This document shows positions 18,984 through 30,748 of a DNA stretch of 64,000 bases, piece by piece (position 1 is the first letter of the stretch; each line of letters begins with the position of its first letter). This stretch comes from Vicinamibacteria bacterium (GTDB taxonomy: Bacteria > Acidobacteriota > Vicinamibacteria > Vicinamibacterales > JAENWD01). Position numbers and translations under genes: made by a program. Below the pieces are notes generated by a model that saw nothing but the letters and a program-made list of their open reading frames with translations, was not told where the DNA came from and did not search any database. The DNA lies in NCBI GenBank assembly GCA_963739995.1, contig CAVUCH010000017.1, forward strand, positions 203,353-267,352. The letters are read 5' to 3'.

Positions 18984-19012
18984 TTGTACGCCCGGCAACC
19001 TGGGTCTATAAT
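18984..19012 (+). promoter_or_regulatory. Near-consensus sigma70-type promoter (TTGTAC, 17-nt spacer, TATAAT)
   Basis: ttgtac at 18984-18989 and tataat at 19007-19012, exactly 17 nt apart, about 80 nt upstream of the DinB ATG at 19092. Confidence 0.4.
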
Positions 19013-19091
19013 CACCCTCCGCCGGCGTCGGGTCCGATCGCGTTCACTGTAATCGACACGCCGGTGCAGGCCGAGTGGGCAGAGGACAAAG

Positions 19092-19586
19092 ATGACTGCA
19101 GTCGACGTGCTGCTTGCGCAATTTGACCAGGGCTATAACAGCAAGTCATGGCACGGAACGAACCTGCGCGGATCTATCCGCGGCCTCACCGCCCGGGAGT
19201 CCGCGTGGCGTCCGCACCCGGCCCGCCACAGCATCCAGGAAATCGTCGTTCACGCCGCGTACTGGAAGTACACCGCGCGCCGCCGGCTCAAAGGCGAGAA
19301 GCGGGGATCCTTCCCATTGAAGGGATCGGATTGGTTCCGCCGCGACACGGCTGACGACGAGCTCTGGAGTGCGGACGTGCGGCTGCTCGACGAGTGTCAC
19401 CGCACCCTCCGCTCGGCCATCGCCGCTCTCTCTCCGGCCGGTCTTCAGCGGAGCGTCGGACAATCCGTGACGGTGCTGTCGCTGGTGTCGGGCATCATCG
19501 CGCACGACCTGTACCATGCGGGCCAGATTCAGCTGCTGAAGCGGATGCAGGGTGGGCATTCGGGCGCGCCCCTCGAATCTCCGTGA
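19092..19586 (+). CDS. DinB-family protein (DinB_2-like)
   Basis: SWHGTNLRGSIRGL, IQEIVVHAAYWKY and IIAHDLYHAGQIQLLKR. Confidence 0.85.
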   Translation: MTAVDVLLAQFDQGYNSKSWHGTNLRGSIRGLTARESAWRPHPARHSIQEIVVHAAYWKYTARRRLKGEKRGSFPLKGSDWFRRDTADDELWSADVRLLDECHRTLRSAIAALSPAGLQRSVGQSVTVLSLVSGIIAHDLYHAGQIQLLKRMQGGHSGAPLESP

Positions 19587-19703
19587 CCTCGAGCACGGCG
19601 AGCAGGCGAGCGGCGAGACAGGGGCGCATCATGCCGCAGAGGCTAGCAAGCCGTCCGGCGCTCGGAATTTCGTCGTCGTCTCAGTGCCTTGCCCGCGAGG
19701 GGC

Positions 19704-20504
19704 CTACTTCCACCGGCACAGGCGAGCCACGGATCCGATGTGCTTCGAAAACCCGTCGACGTGGAACTCGAGGGTGGCGGGTGGACCGTTGTGCGGTGTG
19801 AATCCGAACCGCATCGTGCGCGCGCGTGCGATCCGCCGCGCCAGCGAGATACCGTCGGGTGCAAACAGGGCGTTGTGGTCTGGGGAGCCGGGCCATCGCT
19901 CGGCTGACGCGACATCGTCATCGAACCCGATCCGCACCGTGCGCCGGTCATCCAGTGGTTCGATGGCTGCTGGCAACTGCGTGAACACGAACGCCTCGGT
20001 GGTGTTCAAGAGGCAGCGCACGACGAGGACCGGACGCACGCGCGTCATCCAGCCCGACGCCGTGTTCTCGGCTGGCAGCTCGAACGCGATGCTCCGTGGG
20101 TAATTGCTCACCCACCGCGCGCTGTTCGCATCCGTCCAGGAATGCACGGCGTGTGACGCGGCCGGCAGACCGCGAGCGGGCGTGACGGCCACGATGGACG
20201 CCTGGTCCACCGCCGCCGGGACAGTCCCGGCACCGCGGCCACCTGTTCCGATCACCGTCACGGCGATCACCGCAGCACAGCCGGCCGCGGCAAGGGCGGC
20301 CCATGTGTGCCACCGGCTCCACCCGTGCCGCGGGGGTTCGGCGCTCTCTGGTATCGAGACCTCAGCTTCGGGCGCAGCCACGCCGCGAGGCGTGTCCGCT
20401 GCCGGCATTGGTGCGGTCTCAGGCGCCCCGACGTGCCCCTCGCATGCAACGCACAACGCGTCCGCACGATCGATGACCTGAGCACATTTCAGACAACGGG
20501 GCAT
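19704..20504 (-). CDS. Hypothetical membrane-anchored protein with N-terminal zinc ribbon
   Basis: The ATG at 20504 gives MPRCLKCAQVIDRADALCVACEG (CxxC...CxxC). TM helix WAALAAAGCAAVIAVTVIG. A roughly 170-aa C-terminal domain has no family that I recognise. Confidence 0.55.
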   Translation of the reverse strand: MPRCLKCAQVIDRADALCVACEGHVGAPETAPMPAADTPRGVAAPEAEVSIPESAEPPRHGWSRWHTWAALAAAGCAAVIAVTVIGTGGRGAGTVPAAVDQASIVAVTPARGLPAASHAVHSWTDANSARWVSNYPRSIAFELPAENTASGWMTRVRPVLVVRCLLNTTEAFVFTQLPAAIEPLDDRRTVRIGFDDDVASAERWPGSPDHNALFAPDGISLARRIARARTMRFGFTPHNGPPATLEFHVDGFSKHIGSVARLCRWK

Positions 20505-20668
20505 GCGAGCGGCTCCTCTGTGGGCGAAGGCCGGTGCGGTCGCCACCCCGGTGCCTGGGCAAGGGCTACGCCACGGAAGAGTCGCTCACCTGTTCGTGTG
20601 GAATCATCAAGTTGCAGGCATTCTGCTGTCCGACAGACCCGGACGTCCCTACCGGAACCGCAATCGGA

Positions 20669-20684
20669 GTGACGGATCCGTCAC
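20669..20684. promoter_or_regulatory. Perfect 16-bp palindrome GTGACGGATCCGTCAC (candidate operator)
   Basis: Read directly from the sequence. It ends 82 nt upstream of the ferritin-like ATG (20766), in the divergent intergenic region. Confidence 0.3.
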
Positions 20685-20765
20685 CCCGGGGGGCTGGCGA
20701 CGCCCTTGCACACTCTTTCGTGAACCAAAGGGCGAACACCATATCCCAACTTCGGAGGACGACAC

Positions 20766-21275
20766 ATGGCCGTGCAGACGAAACATTCCGACATCCTTGC
20801 TGACGAAAACCGCCAGAAGCGCGAAGAGATCATCCAGCTGCTCACGAAGGCGTACTGGATGGAGATTGAGACCGTCATCAACTACGTCGCCAACTCGACC
20901 AATCCCGATGGAGTGCGTGCGCAGGAGATTATCGAATCGCTGGCCCAAGACGTCGAGGAGGAGCTCGGCCACGCGCGCAAGTTCGCGACGCGGATCAAGG
21001 AACTCTACGGTGTGGTGCCAGGATCGCTGGCGTTCAAGCCCGAGCAGCAGGCCCTTCAGCCGCCCGCCCACCAGACCGACATCGTGCACGTCATCAAGGG
21101 CGTCATGAAGGCAGAGCGTTCGGCGATTGGGTTCTACAACGAGCTCATCGAGGCGGCGGACCAGGTAGATCCGGTCACGCAGGACATGGTCGTCGACATC
21201 CTGCGGGATGAGCAGGCGCACCTGCGCCTTTTCGAGGGCTTCCTCCGCGAGTATCAGGCAGAAGGCCGCGCGTAG
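20766..21275 (+). CDS. Ferritin-like di-iron four-helix-bundle protein
   Basis: Two ExxH motifs (DVEEELGHARKF; LRDEQAHLRLF) plus partner glutamates (WMEIETV; KAERSAIGFYNE). Confidence 0.8.
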   Translation: MAVQTKHSDILADENRQKREEIIQLLTKAYWMEIETVINYVANSTNPDGVRAQEIIESLAQDVEEELGHARKFATRIKELYGVVPGSLAFKPEQQALQPPAHQTDIVHVIKGVMKAERSAIGFYNELIEAADQVDPVTQDMVVDILRDEQAHLRLFEGFLREYQAEGRA

Positions 21276-21300
21276 CGCGGTGTGGACGGGATGATTATCC

Positions 21301-21330
21301 TGTGGGGCAGAGCTTCAGCACTGCCCCACA
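21301..21330 (+). terminator. Hairpin after the ferritin-like gene (10-bp perfect stem, 10-nt loop)
   Basis: tgtggggcag-agcttcagca-ctgccccaca, 26 nt after the stop codon. No U-tract follows. Confidence 0.35.
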
Positions 21331-21461
21331 GGCTGCTGCGACACCCCAAGACGACGCCGTTGCGATCAGCCAAAAAGCTAGTGTCGCCGCCCGTGCGGCC
21401 GCCCGAACCGGCGAACCCCTCGCGCAGTGATAGCATGAGCCGCTTTGCTGCAGCAGGTTTC

Positions 21462-24059
<2,598 letters not shown>

Positions 24060-24097
24060 CGGTGCCGGCGGCCGTCGCGACGCCATCGCGACGCTCG

Positions 24098-24841
24098 TCA
24101 CTGTGCGACGGGTAGCGGCCCGAGCTCCACACGCCGGAACTCGACCTCCGCGCCCTCGGCCTGGATCGCGATTTTCCCGTGATCCGCGGTCGCGTTGACG
24201 CCGTTGTTCACAAGATCGCCGTTGACCCACACCGTCACCGAGCGCCCGCGCGCCTCGATCACCATCGTGTTCCATCCGCCCAACGGCTTCTCCGAGCCGT
24301 CGGTCAGGTTCAGGATGCGCCGCGCGTCGCCCTCGGCGCCGCCCCACTTCTCCCCCGCCTTGCGCGGCCGGCGCTTCTCCATATCGGCCACCTCGATGTT
24401 CTCCTGGATGCACCAGAAGTCACCGGCGTCTCCACTGTTCATCTGCACCTCGATCGACTGCGGGAACATCTTGTAGAGCGCACGCGGCCGCGACGCGTGC
24501 ACGAGGATGCCGCAGTTGCCCGGCTTGCCGGGAAAACGATACTCGGCTTCCAGCCGGTAATCGCGATAGGTGTCCTTGGTCACCAGATGCCCCTCCGGCT
24601 TGCCGAGACTGACGAGCATCCCGTTGCGGACAACGAAGCTGGCCGGTGCGTTCGGGTTGGTATCGCGCGCGGGCACGTCGGGCTCCCAGTTCGAGAGGTC
24701 CTTGCCGTTGAACAGTGGGATCTTGCGGTCGGGCGTGATAGGCGCGTCGGTCGCCGCGGCGCCCGCCCCGACGCTGGACCCGACCATCGACACGGCGAGC
24801 AGGAGAATCAGGATGCTGTGCATGGTGCGAAAGCCTAGCAT
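24098..24841 (-). CDS. DUF1080 (3-keto-disaccharide hydrolase-like) secreted protein
   Basis: Signal peptide, then LFNGKDLSNWE, FVVRNGML, DYRLEAEYRF, GILVH and KIAIQAEGAEVEFRRVEL. Alternative start at 24823. Confidence 0.85.
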   Translation of the reverse strand: MLGFRTMHSILILLLAVSMVGSSVGAGAAATDAPITPDRKIPLFNGKDLSNWEPDVPARDTNPNAPASFVVRNGMLVSLGKPEGHLVTKDTYRDYRLEAEYRFPGKPGNCGILVHASRPRALYKMFPQSIEVQMNSGDAGDFWCIQENIEVADMEKRRPRKAGEKWGGAEGDARRILNLTDGSEKPLGGWNTMVIEARGRSVTVWVNGDLVNNGVNATADHGKIAIQAEGAEVEFRRVELGPLPVAQ

Positions 24842-24914
24842 ATGGCGCCCGGTCATCAGGCTCGATCGCGCCTCCATTGGATCGCTACACTTCGATGCGC
24901 CCGATGGCGCTGAT

Positions 24915-25277
24915 TCAGTCGAAGACGATCCTCGGATTCGAGCCGCCTCTGGCAAACAGCGAGGAATCGTCCGCTAGTGCTATCGCCACGACGTACTCGT
25001 GGACACCATCACCGTCAGACCTCGTGATGATACGGTCTCTGTCGCCGGGGCTCTTCGCCTTCTGGAGCGGCAGCTCAGCTCCGCCATCCACGATCCCGCC
25101 CGGAAACCGCAGGACTACGCGGACGTCGCTGAGGTTCCGCACACGAACCTCGTCTCCGGCACTTACGGCGAGCACGGGAGGCACCACGACAAACCCGAAC
25201 GAATCGCGTAGAACGAACACATGCGCTCTGGGCGGAGGCGCAGCGCTTCCGGTATCTTCAGTGCTCTCTGGTGTCAT
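24915..25277 (-). CDS. Hypothetical small protein (120 aa)
   Basis: Its start overlaps the upstream kinase-TPR stop as ATGA (25274-25277). Beta-rich sequence (VLAVSAGDEVRVRNLSDVRVVLRFPGG..HEYVVAIAL). No family recognised. Confidence 0.5.
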   Translation of the reverse strand: MTPESTEDTGSAAPPPRAHVFVLRDSFGFVVVPPVLAVSAGDEVRVRNLSDVRVVLRFPGGIVDGGAELPLQKAKSPGDRDRIITRSDGDGVHEYVVAIALADDSSLFARGGSNPRIVFD

Positions 25278-27988
25278 GGCGTCGTCCTTTCACGTGATTT
25301 GCCGGTTGTAGCCGTCGGTTCGGGGACCAAGGGTGTGACGAGCTTCGCGTACCGGGGATCGGCGCGCAGCCGCTCCAACCCCGTGTCGCTCTCGATTTCG
25401 AGCCGGTCGTAGCCGGCGCTGAGCGCCGCGCCAATCGCCGCCAGCGCCGCGTCGCGCTCCCCGACGGCCTCGTAGCCCGTCGCGGCGGTATAGGCGACGT
25501 CGCCGTCGGTCGGGGCCAGACGCCGTGCCTCTGCGAGCAGCGGCCGCGCGACATCTGCTTTGCCCAACATGGCATGGCAGTCCCCCAGCTCCACGAGGAC
25601 CTTCGGGTTCTTGCGGATCGATCGCCACGCTCCTCATCGAGCAGACGAAGGGCGGTCTCCAATGCCGCACCGGCGCGGTGGCGTTCACCAGGCGCATGGC
25701 GATATGCGTCGCCAAGGTTCTTCCAGACGCGGTAGTCGCGAGGCGACGCCACCGTCGCGCGCTCGAACGTTCGCGCCGCTGCCGCGTACTGCCGCTTCAC
25801 CCGGAACTGCAGCCACCCGAGATTCGAGAGGGCGAGGCCGTACGGCCCATCGAGTGAGCGCCTTGTAGAGGGTGGCCTCAGCGTCCGCCCATCGTCGCTG
25901 GAACAGGTACGTCGCGCCCAGATTCGAGAGCAGTCGCGGATTGCCAGGGGCAATCTCGAGGCCTCGCTGAGCACGCGCTCTGCTTCATCGAATCGCCCGC
26001 GGCGCATCAGGAAGGCCGCAAGCTGGCTGTGAGCCACCCACGAACCGGGGTCGAGCTCCACGCTCTTCCGATGAGCAGCCTCGGCCTTTTCGAACTGGGC
26101 CGCCCGGAGATATGCGATGCCGAGTTCGCGATACGCATCGCTGCCGGCAGGGTTGCGCCGGATAGCCTCGTTGAAGGCGGCCTCTGCCCCCGCCATGTCC
26201 CCCTGGGCCGCGCGAACCATGCCGAACGTGGTCCATGCGGCCGGGCGGGTGTCATCGAGTCGCCAGAGCCCGGGCGGACGATTGGCTCGCGAGTGTCAGG
26301 TCGTCTGCCCGTCTCGTCAGCCGGAACAGCCGCAAGCGCGCGTCGGCGAGTCCGGCATGAGCGGCGGCATACCGCGGGTCCCGTCGACCGCCTTGTTGAA
26401 CAGGTCGATGGCCCGCTCGAGGCTGGCCTGCTGGTCGATGCGCTCGAGGGCGCTGCGAGCCTGCTCGTACGGCGTCGCCCCCTGCGCCTGGGCGAACAGC
26501 ACTCCCGCCGCCGGAACCGCGCTGGCCGTTTCCCGCCAGGCCCGTGCATCGTCGGGAGCGAGCTCCAGGTCCAGGAGCCGCGCGAGGGCCTCGACAATCG
26601 ACTCCGGTGCGAAGTTGGCGGCGCTGAACCTGCGTGTGTCGCCGCGCAGCTGCCGGACCGCCGCGGTGTCCGAAACGCCGATGGTGACCAGACGATCGCT
26701 GCCCGCGTCGTGCACGCTGATGGTGACCGCCAGGTTCGCGCCAAGAGCCCGTCGGGCGGCGCTCGGCGAGCGGGCGCCCGCGTCGAGCACCTCGGCCGCG
26801 GGGACGACAATCAGGCGACTGCGGAACCGCTGCAGCTCTGCGACCCTGCCGGTCACGTATTCCTGCAGGCCCGGACAGCACGCCGCGCCAGCTGACACCT
26901 GGTCACCCGTCGACGGGCAGTACGGCCAGCCGCATCTCGGCGGGCAGCGGTAAGAAACCATCTGCCCAACGGTCCACTGGTGGCGTACGCCAGCAGCGCG
27001 AGCGCAAGGCCCGTCGCCGCGACCGCCGCCATCCGCCACGCGCGCTGGGCACGCGCACGCGGTCGCCGGGCGGGCCGCCCCGCTGCCCGCCGTCGAGGCA
27101 TCTTGCGAAAGGCGATCACGCACCTGCCGCAGTTCGCGTGCGAGGTCCATCGTGGAGGCAAACCGCGCGCGCGGATCCTTGGCCAGGCATCGCTCGACGA
27201 CTCTCAGGGCAGCCGGCGGAAAGTCGCTGCGCGGTGGCGGCGATCGGTTCGGGCTCCGTTTCGATGATGGCCGCAAGCGTCTGGACGACGGACGGTCCGC
27301 GGAAGGGCGGACGGCCCGTGGCCATCTCGTAGGCCATCACGCCCATCGCGAACTGATCCGCGTGGAAATCGGCGTGCTCGCCGCGCGCCTGCTCGGGGGA
27401 CATGTACGCGGCGGTGCCGACCAGCGCGCCCACGACGGTGTCTGGCGACAGTGCCGTGTCCTCGGTGTCGGCCCGCGTCTCCGCGGGATTCACCCCGTGC
27501 ACGCCGCCGCGCAGCTTGGCCAGACCGAAGTCCAGGATCTTCACGAACCCGTCGGCCGTGACCATCACATTCTCCGGCTTGAGATCGCGATGCACGATCC
27601 CGGCGGCGTGCGCCTTGCCCATGCCGTCGGCGAGCTGCGAAGCAATATCCAGAATCTGTCGGACCGGTAACGGCGCCTCCTGCAGCAGCGCGCGCAGGGT
27701 GTGTCCCTGGACGTACTCCATCACGATGTACGGCGGCCCGCCCGGCATGGTGCCGATCTCATGGATCGTGATGATGTTGGGATGGTTCAGGGACGAGGCG
27801 GTCCGTGCCTCCTGCCCGAAGCGCGCGAGGCGCTCGGGACTGTTGGCAAAAGCCTGCGGGAGGAACTTGATGGCGACATCGCGGTGCAGGTCGCCGTCGC
27901 GGGCGCGGTACACTTCGCCCATACCCCCGATGCCGAGCAGCTCGAGGATCTCGTACCGGCTGATTCGCGTCCCCGTGAGCGTTGACAT
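25274..27988 (-). pseudogene. Ser/Thr kinase - TM - TPR protein with at least 9 reading-frame breaks
   Basis: Kinase domain intact at 27230..27988 (GIGGMGEVYRA, VAIKFL, HRDLKPENV, DFGLAK, YMSPEQ). After that, conserved-looking segments alternate among all three frames. Approximate breaks: 27230, 27100, 26960, 26912, 26383, 26257, 25962, 25855 and 25620. Details are in the findings. Confidence 0.8.
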
Positions 27989-28245
27989 ACGTGCCGTCTT
28001 CCATCGCGCACGTCTTGCGCCACCCGCGATTCTTCGGTCCGATGGCGTTGGCCGTCACGCGGCCTCGTCGAGCCGCGCCGATCACCGGAGGACCCGGGGA
28101 CCCCGGAGAATACATCAACCTCTGCAGGTGCAACAAGGGACCGAACGAGGCGGGGTCCCCACCGCACGCTGCCCAACGCCGAGCGCCCAGCGCCCAGCTC
28201 CCACCGACGGGGTCCGCCGCCTGCCACGTGCTAGTGTGAGAAGCC

Positions 28246-29859
28246 GTGCCTGCCCCAGCTGAACGCGCTGACTTCCCTCGCCCCCGGAGGCGTACCGGTC
28301 TCCTGGTTGCCGGTTCGCTGTTGGCGATCTGTGGCGTCATCGTGTTGTCGTTTCTGTCGGGCGCTTCGCCGCACGTGCGCGACCGGATCGTGGCGGCGCT
28401 GAACGGCAGGTTCGAGAGCCAGGTGGACCTGGAGACCCTTCAGATCGCCATCTTCCCGGCACCGCAAGTGAGTGGCACAGGGCTGGTTTTGCGACACAAC
28501 GGCCGCACCGATGTGGAACCGCTCATCACGGTCCGGTCGTTTGCGGGGCGCGCCGGGATTGCCGGTCTACTCGCGACGCCGCTCTCAATGCGCAGCGTGG
28601 ACCTGGACGCGCTCACGATTCATGTGCCGCCCGGCGGCGTGCACACCGGCGCGCGTCCGGCACCGGCGCCAGGCACGCGGACCCGGTCCGATGGGGGCGG
28701 CGCACAGCCGCGATCGCGCGTGCCTTCGCTGGTCGTGGGCCGGATCACGGCCAGGGAGGCGCGCGTCGACATCGCGTCGCGTGACGCGCGGAAGGCTCCG
28801 CGACGGTTCGACATCCACAATCTCGTGATGGACGGGTTCCGGCCCGATGCGCCGGCGGGCTTCACCGCGTCCGTCACGAATCCGGTGCCCCGCGGCAACA
28901 TCGAGACGAGCGGCGAGTTCGGCCCCTGGATCGCGGAGGATCCGGCGAAGACCGCGGTGCGCGGCCGCTACGCGTTCAGGGATGCGAACCTCGACACGAT
29001 CAAGGGCCTGGGCGGCATTCTCACCTCCCTCGGCGAGTACGGCGGGGTGTTGGAGCGCATTGCCGTGAGTGGTCACACCGACACGCCCGAGTTCCAGTTG
29101 GACAGCGGGCGCAGCCCCGTTCCGCTGAAGACCCGGTTTCGCGCCGTAGTGGATGGCACCAACGGCGACACCGTGCTCGAGAGCGTCGATGGCGTGCTCG
29201 CTGAAACCCCCATCCACGCCCGCGGGGCCATCGTCCGCGACAAGGGCGCCAAGGGGCGGAGCATCTCGCTCGACGTATCGATCGACGGCGGCCGCATGGA
29301 AGACGTCCTGCGATTGGCGGTGGACAGCGCGCAGCCGCCGTTGACGGGGCGTGTCTCGGTCGAGAGCAGGGTCCTGGTGCCTGCCGGGGACGGGCGGGTG
29401 ATTGACCGCTTGCAGCTCGATGGACGATTCACGCTTGCACACGCGCGGTTCACGAACTATGACGTCCAGAATCGCATCACCATGCTGAGTCGCCGGGCCC
29501 GTGGCAAAACCGGTAGTGCGGATGGTGCGAGCGTGGTGTCGAACCTTCACGGCGACTTCGTGCTGCGTGATGGGGTGCTCCGTCTGTCCCGCCTGGCGTT
29601 CGCCGTGCCGGGCGCCGTCGTGCGGCTGGATGGTACCTATGCGCTGAGGACGCAGACGATGGAGTTCACGGGCGACCTGCTGCTGGATGCAACGCTCGCC
29701 GAAACCACGTCGGGCACGAAGGCGATCCTGGGGAAGATTTTCCAGCCGCTGTTCCGCGGGCCCAAAGGCGGTACCAGCCTGCCCATCAAGGTGACCGGTA
29801 CACGCGACAAGCCGCAGTTCGGCCTGGACGTGAAGCGCGCACTCACCCCTGGTGACTGA
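28246..29859 (+). CDS. AsmA-family / AsmA-like C-terminal-region protein
   Basis: N-terminal TM helix (LLVAGSLLAICGVIVLSFL). Long beta-rich body. C-terminus SLPIKVTGTRDKPQFGLDV is typical of AsmA-like proteins. GTG start. Confidence 0.7.
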   Translation: MPAPAERADFPRPRRRTGLLVAGSLLAICGVIVLSFLSGASPHVRDRIVAALNGRFESQVDLETLQIAIFPAPQVSGTGLVLRHNGRTDVEPLITVRSFAGRAGIAGLLATPLSMRSVDLDALTIHVPPGGVHTGARPAPAPGTRTRSDGGGAQPRSRVPSLVVGRITAREARVDIASRDARKAPRRFDIHNLVMDGFRPDAPAGFTASVTNPVPRGNIETSGEFGPWIAEDPAKTAVRGRYAFRDANLDTIKGLGGILTSLGEYGGVLERIAVSGHTDTPEFQLDSGRSPVPLKTRFRAVVDGTNGDTVLESVDGVLAETPIHARGAIVRDKGAKGRSISLDVSIDGGRMEDVLRLAVDSAQPPLTGRVSVESRVLVPAGDGRVIDRLQLDGRFTLAHARFTNYDVQNRITMLSRRARGKTGSADGASVVSNLHGDFVLRDGVLRLSRLAFAVPGAVVRLDGTYALRTQTMEFTGDLLLDATLAETTSGTKAILGKIFQPLFRGPKGGTSLPIKVTGTRDKPQFGLDVKRALTPGD

Positions 29860-29885
29860 CACCGCCTGAGGGGACACCTGATTCA

Positions 29886-30590
29886 ATGAGCGACACGCGC
29901 AACTCGTCGGCCACCAACCTCTGGAACTCCACCGAGCATGCGCTTGCCTACCTGCGACGGGCCAGGGAGATCCCGCGCCGCGTGGAGGGGGAGACGGCCT
30001 TGATCGAGTGCCTGCCGCCGGTCGTGCGGCGCGTCCTCGATCTGGGCAGCGGCGACGGCCACCTGCTCGCCCTCGTGCTCGCGGCCAGGGCAGGTGCCGA
30101 GGGGGTCGCACTGGACTTCTCACCGGCCATGCTGGAGCGGTCACGCGCGCGGTTCGCAGGCCGCGCCTGCGTGGCGATCGTCGAGCACAATCTCGATGAC
30201 CCGCTGCCCGACCTCGGAAGGTTCGATGCGGTCGTCTCGTGCTTCGCCATCCACCACGTGTCGCACGCGCGCAAGCGCGCGCTCTATGCGGAGGTGTTCG
30301 ACGCGCTGGAGCCGGGCGGTGTGTTCTGCAACCTGGAACACGTCGCGTCTCCGACCGTGCGCCTGCACGAGGAGTTCCTCGCCGCGCTCGGCGTGTCACC
30401 TGCCGACGAGGACCCATCGAACAAGCTCCTCGACGTCCACACGCAGCTCGAATGGCTGCGCGCGCTTCGCTTCGAGGACGTGGACTGCCACTGGAAGTGG
30501 CGGGAGCTGGCGCTGCTGGCCGCGGTGAAGGGGGCGGCCTTCAGGCTCGCCCCTCCAGGCTCCGAGCTTCAGGGCCGCCCATCGCTTTAG
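29886..30590 (+). CDS. Class I SAM-dependent methyltransferase
   Basis: Motif I VLDLGSGDGHL, followed by FDAVVSCFAIHH and LEPGGVF. Confidence 0.85.
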   Translation: MSDTRNSSATNLWNSTEHALAYLRRAREIPRRVEGETALIECLPPVVRRVLDLGSGDGHLLALVLAARAGAEGVALDFSPAMLERSRARFAGRACVAIVEHNLDDPLPDLGRFDAVVSCFAIHHVSHARKRALYAEVFDALEPGGVFCNLEHVASPTVRLHEEFLAALGVSPADEDPSNKLLDVHTQLEWLRALRFEDVDCHWKWRELALLAAVKGAAFRLAPPGSELQGRPSL

Positions 30591-30628
30591 CTCGGCGCGG
30601 CGAACGAAGCAGCGACGTGGCCGGAATC

Positions 30629-30735
30629 GAGATCGGGAGGTGTTTGCTGGGGGCTGAGATCGGGAGGTGTTTGCAGGTACTGCACTCCCGGCGGGGTGCA
30701 TGGAAGATCCTGCAAACACCTCCCGATCTCAGCCC
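30629..30735. repeat. Palindromic element, copy 2 (composite: two direct arms and one inverted arm; 26-bp perfect stem)
   Basis: Solo arm gagatcgggaggtgtttgc at 30629-30647. gggctgagatcgggaggtgtttgcag (30651-30676) pairs perfectly with ctgcaaacacctcccgatctcagccc (30710-30735). It lies between convergent genes. Confidence 0.95.
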
Positions 30736-30748
30736 GGAGCCGGTCCAA

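Noticed and set aside
28585-30417. 610-aa minus-strand ORF
   Set aside because: It is the antisense shadow of the AsmA-like and methyltransferase genes. The sequence is extremely R/P/A-rich.
30629-30676. Possible CRISPR-like direct repeats
   Set aside because: There are only two direct copies 8 nt apart, and they pair with an inverted copy. No repeat-spacer periodicity and no cas genes are present.
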